NCBI GenBank assembly: GCA_003216435.1
Contig: QCIW01000001.1
Location: forward strand, 179,007-203,006
Length of the DNA stretch: 24,000 nucleotides
Direction: 5' to 3'
From: Prochlorococcus sp. AG-402-N21
Lineage (GTDB): Bacteria > Cyanobacteriota > Cyanobacteriia > PCC-6307 > Cyanobiaceae
Both the position numbers and the translations under genes were made by a program. Shown here one piece after another: positions 21,188 through 24,000 of the stretch. The notes under the pieces are model-generated. The model was not told the DNA's origin. It saw only the letters and a program-made list of their open reading frames with translations, and did no database searches. Numbering within the stretch: the stretch's first letter is position 1; each line of letters starts with the position of its first letter.

Positions 21188-22684
21188 ATGAAAGACTGGG
21201 AAAACAATTTAGATCTTTTAATTAGAGCCAGAACACCACTTATTTTAATAAGGAGCAGCGAAGAGTTAAGAGTCGAAGAATTGCTAGAACAATCTGCAAA
21301 AAGAATGAAGCCTAGGCGATTAGTTGTTTGGGATTATATAAATGGAATAAAAGGCGCTATAAACTCTCCCGGTTTGGGGGCTAGCCAGCCAATGGCAGTT
21401 CTGCAATGGCTTCAAAAAATTAATTCAGATAATCCAACAACTCTCTTACTGAAAGATTTTCACCGTTTTTGTGAAGATCCAGGAATTGCACGCATGCTAA
21501 AAAATTTGTCAATTGATCTCCGAAAAACATCTCATAACATTGTTCTTTGTTCAGGTAATTGGTTGCCTCCAAATGATTTTGATGAAGCGTTAACCATATT
21601 AGATCTTCCTTTACCTAACCAATTTCAATTAAAAGAACTCCTAACTAATATCTCCAATGCCAGTGGTAATAATCTAGACCAAGAAGTTCTTGAAGAATTG
21701 ACTCGAGCATGTAGTGGCCTTAGCGAATCAAGAGTTCGTCTTGTGGCAGCTAGAGCTTTAGCTCAAAGAGGCACAATGGGCAAAGATGATCTCAAGGAAG
21801 TTCTTGAGGAAAAACGCCAAAATATTGCTCGCAGCGAGGTCCTTGAATACTGCGAGACAAAAGCAACTCAATCTGATATTGGAGGTTTAGACGCACTAAA
21901 AAATTGGCTATCCCAAAGGTATATGGCGTTTTCAGAAGAAGCTAAAAGGTTTGGATTACCCTTACCAAGAGGAGTGTTATTACTTGGACCACAAGGAACT
22001 GGCAAATCATTAACGGCAAAAGCAATTGCGGATAGTTGGTCCATGCCATTGCTAAGACTTGATGTAGGACGACTTTTTGCAGGTCTTGTGGGAGCCAGTG
22101 AAGCACGAACAAGAGAAACTATTCAAAGAGCTGAGGCTATGGCTCCATGCATTCTATGGATTGATGAAATTGACAAAGCTTTTGGCGGTGATTCCAGAAG
22201 CGATGGTGGAACTAGTCAAAGAGTTCTTGCAAATATTCTTACTTGGATGGCCGAAAAAACATCTGCTGTTTTTGTTGTAGCAACAGCAAATGCTATCGAT
22301 CGACTACCTCCAGAATTACTCAGGAAAGGCCGGTTTGATGAAATCTTCATGCTTGATCTTCCATCTAGAGAAGAAAGATTTAGCATTCTCGCTCTCCATA
22401 TAAATCAACGACGTCCACATACAGAGATTCCTCTTGAAACCATAGTTGACCGTACAGGAGGTTTTTCAGGAGCAGAACTAGAACAGATAGTTATAGAAGG
22501 AATGCATCTTGCATTTGCGGAGAAAAGGGAACTTCAAGAAAATGATCTAATTCTGGCTTCTTCACAATTAGTCCCCCTTTCCAGAACAGCAAAAGAGCAA
22601 CTGGAATCTCTAAAAGAATGGTCTTCAACAGGCAGGGCAAGACCAGCCTCCATAAACCTAGGAAGAAATTTCCAAAGGAACTAA
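21188..22684 (+). CDS. ycf46: AAA+ ATPase, Ycf46-like
   Basis: 498 aa. N-terminal region of about 230 aa (LDLLIRARTPLILIRSSEELRVEE...), as in plastid/cyanobacterial Ycf46. Walker A GPQGTGKS, Walker B ILWIDEID, and ATANAIDRLPPELLRKGRFDE (SRH/Arg finger). Confidence 0.75.
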   Translation: MKDWENNLDLLIRARTPLILIRSSEELRVEELLEQSAKRMKPRRLVVWDYINGIKGAINSPGLGASQPMAVLQWLQKINSDNPTTLLLKDFHRFCEDPGIARMLKNLSIDLRKTSHNIVLCSGNWLPPNDFDEALTILDLPLPNQFQLKELLTNISNASGNNLDQEVLEELTRACSGLSESRVRLVAARALAQRGTMGKDDLKEVLEEKRQNIARSEVLEYCETKATQSDIGGLDALKNWLSQRYMAFSEEAKRFGLPLPRGVLLLGPQGTGKSLTAKAIADSWSMPLLRLDVGRLFAGLVGASEARTRETIQRAEAMAPCILWIDEIDKAFGGDSRSDGGTSQRVLANILTWMAEKTSAVFVVATANAIDRLPPELLRKGRFDEIFMLDLPSREERFSILALHINQRRPHTEIPLETIVDRTGGFSGAELEQIVIEGMHLAFAEKRELQENDLILASSQLVPLSRTAKEQLESLKEWSSTGRARPASINLGRNFQRN

Positions 22685-22806
22685 CTCCGCACAACTAATA
22701 TTTGCTTGATATTCGGAAAGTTTCACAATTTTATTTAGCCATTAGCAAGTTAAACAAATTTTGGATCAATTCCCTTTAGGCTTATTTGATTAATCAAAAA
22801 GCTTAA

Positions 22807-24000
22807 GTGCTAGATCTGCGTCTCATAAGAGAAAATCCAAAACTCATTTCAGAAGGTTTTAACCGCCGAGGAATGCATGTCGATTTAAAACCAATTCAAA
22901 TAGATATTGAAGAACTTAAGAATATCGAAGAAACTAGGAGCAATCTTCAATCAAAAGGAAATAAAATTGGGAAAGAAGTTGGCTTAAAAATTAAAAGTGG
23001 TATAAACCCAAACTCAGAAGAGTTAAAGGCCCTTAAATCTGAAGGTATTCAAATCAAACAAAGAGTTGCTCAATTGGAAGAGCGCGAAAAATCTTTATCT
23101 GAAAAACTAAAGACCCAAATTCTCAATTTCCCAAATATTCCCTCTGAGAATTGTCCGACAGGGAAAGATGAAACAAACAACAAAGAAATACGTCGATGGG
23201 GAAATCCACTCCAAGGCAATGATTTTAAAGAGCATTGGGAAATCGCTAATAATCTAGATCTTTTCGAAAGCGAAAGATCTAGTCGAATTGCAAAAAGCCG
23301 CTTTGTCACTCTTTTTGGACAAGGCGCAAAACTTGAAAGGGCCTTAATAAACCTCATGCTCGATATACATATCGAAAAAGGTTATAAAGAAGTTTTACCT
23401 CCTGCTCTAGTTAATACATCAAGTCTCACTGGATCAGGACAACTACCTAAGTTCTCTGAAGAGAGTTTTAAATGCAATGAAGACGACTTATGGCTATCAC
23501 CTACAGCCGAAGTTCCTTTAACAGCTCTTCATCGCAATGAAATTATTCCGATAGATCTTTTACCTCTTAAATATGTGGCATATAGTCCTTGCTTTAGGAG
23601 AGAAGCAGGCAGTTATGGACGAGACACCAAAGGACTAATAAGACTTCACCAATTTAACAAAGTTGAACTTTATTGGTTTTCCGACCCAGACAAATCGTCA
23701 GAGGCACACAAGCAACTAACTTTGGATGCAGAGGCTATTTTACAAATTCTCGAATTACCATACAGAGTCCTTGAACTATGTACTGGCGATCTAGGATTCT
23801 CTGCCTCAAGAACTTTTGATTTAGAAGTGTGGTTGCCAGGATCAAACAAATTTAGAGAAATATCAAGTTGCAGTATTTGCGGAGATTTTCAGGCCAGAAG
23901 GTCCTCTATTCGCACGAAATCAGCTAAAACGACTAAGCTTATTCATACACTAAATGGAAGTGGCTTAGCAGTCGGTAGAACTATGGCTGCAATTCTAGAA
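22807..24000 (+). CDS. serS: Serine--tRNA ligase (3' end beyond the window)
   Basis: Own translation from GTG 22807, open to the window edge (398 codons): [22 protein letters not shown]..., coiled-coil arm, motif 2 [25 protein letters not shown], motif 3 region [17 protein letters not shown]. Missing from the ORF track because there is no stop codon in the window. Confidence 0.95.
   Translation, partial: MLDLRLIRENPKLISEGFNRRGMHVDLKPIQIDIEELKNIEETRSNLQSKGNKIGKEVGLKIKSGINPNSEELKALKSEGIQIKQRVAQLEEREKSLSEKLKTQILNFPNIPSENCPTGKDETNNKEIRRWGNPLQGNDFKEHWEIANNLDLFESERSSRIAKSRFVTLFGQGAKLERALINLMLDIHIEKGYKEVLPPALVNTSSLTGSGQLPKFSEESFKCNEDDLWLSPTAEVPLTALHRNEIIPIDLLPLKYVAYSPCFRREAGSYGRDTKGLIRLHQFNKVELYWFSDPDKSSEAHKQLTLDAEAILQILELPYRVLELCTGDLGFSASRTFDLEVWLPGSNKFREISSCSICGDFQARRSSIRTKSAKTTKLIHTLNGSGLAVGRTMAAILE

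Noticed and set aside
22077-23357. ORFs 22077-22280 (+), 22491-22694 (-) and 23070-23357 (-) overlapping ycf46 and serS.
   Set aside because: They are out-of-frame or antisense to genes with unambiguous AAA and SerS motifs. In particular, 23070-23357 lies fully inside serS.
1-24000. A scan for CRISPR arrays, IS elements or transposases, integrases, phage genes, toxin-antitoxin pairs and known defence systems.
   Set aside because: None was recognisable from the ORF translations or the repeat structure. The only tandem or phased repeats are those at 1392-1511 and 10826-10897.

Overview
AT-rich chromosomal window. The proteins and gene order point to a marine picocyanobacterium, most likely a Prochlorococcus-type genome; I cannot name the strain without a database search.

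Layout, left to right:
- 1-2700: a GNAT acetyltransferase, rpmG (L33), a non-coding stretch with a phased 11-mer repeat array, a signal-anchored TPR protein, and tRNA-Ser(CGA).
- 2768-7724: an iron-stress neighbourhood with the periplasmic Fe(III)-binding protein FutA/IdiA, a divergent PiuC-type 2OG-Fe(II) oxygenase, a small secreted Cys-loop protein and a Som-type porin, followed by housekeeping glyQ.
- 7776-12100: a poorly conserved-looking islet of nine small ORFs (37-181 aa), mostly membrane or secreted, with long AT-rich spacers and a Fur-box-like palindrome.
- 12109-13034: isiB flavodoxin, a 19-bp perfect inverted repeat, and a small RHH-like ORF.
- 13062-16978 (minus strand): a tightly packed operon of DMT/EamA transporter, GT4 glycosyltransferase and ArnT/PMT-like GT-C glycosyltransferase.
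- 17017-24000: a core block of sppA, aroH, a secreted hypothetical, rpmH, rnpA, a PH-domain membrane protein, yidC, a ycf46-like AAA+ ATPase, and serS (truncated by the window edge).

I recognised no CRISPR array, transposase, integrase, phage gene or known defence system.

The observations I rate highest:
- the three-gene envelope-glycosylation module
- the orphan Fur-like palindrome, which may mark an iron-responsive transcript
- the 19-bp inverted repeat upstream of the RHH-like ORF
- the ATCCAACAAGA repeat array
- a Yfr1-complementary site on the porin leader
- a convergent pair of small secreted proteins sharing an LGxxxxFPF motif

All functional calls rest on motif recognition by eye, without searches.
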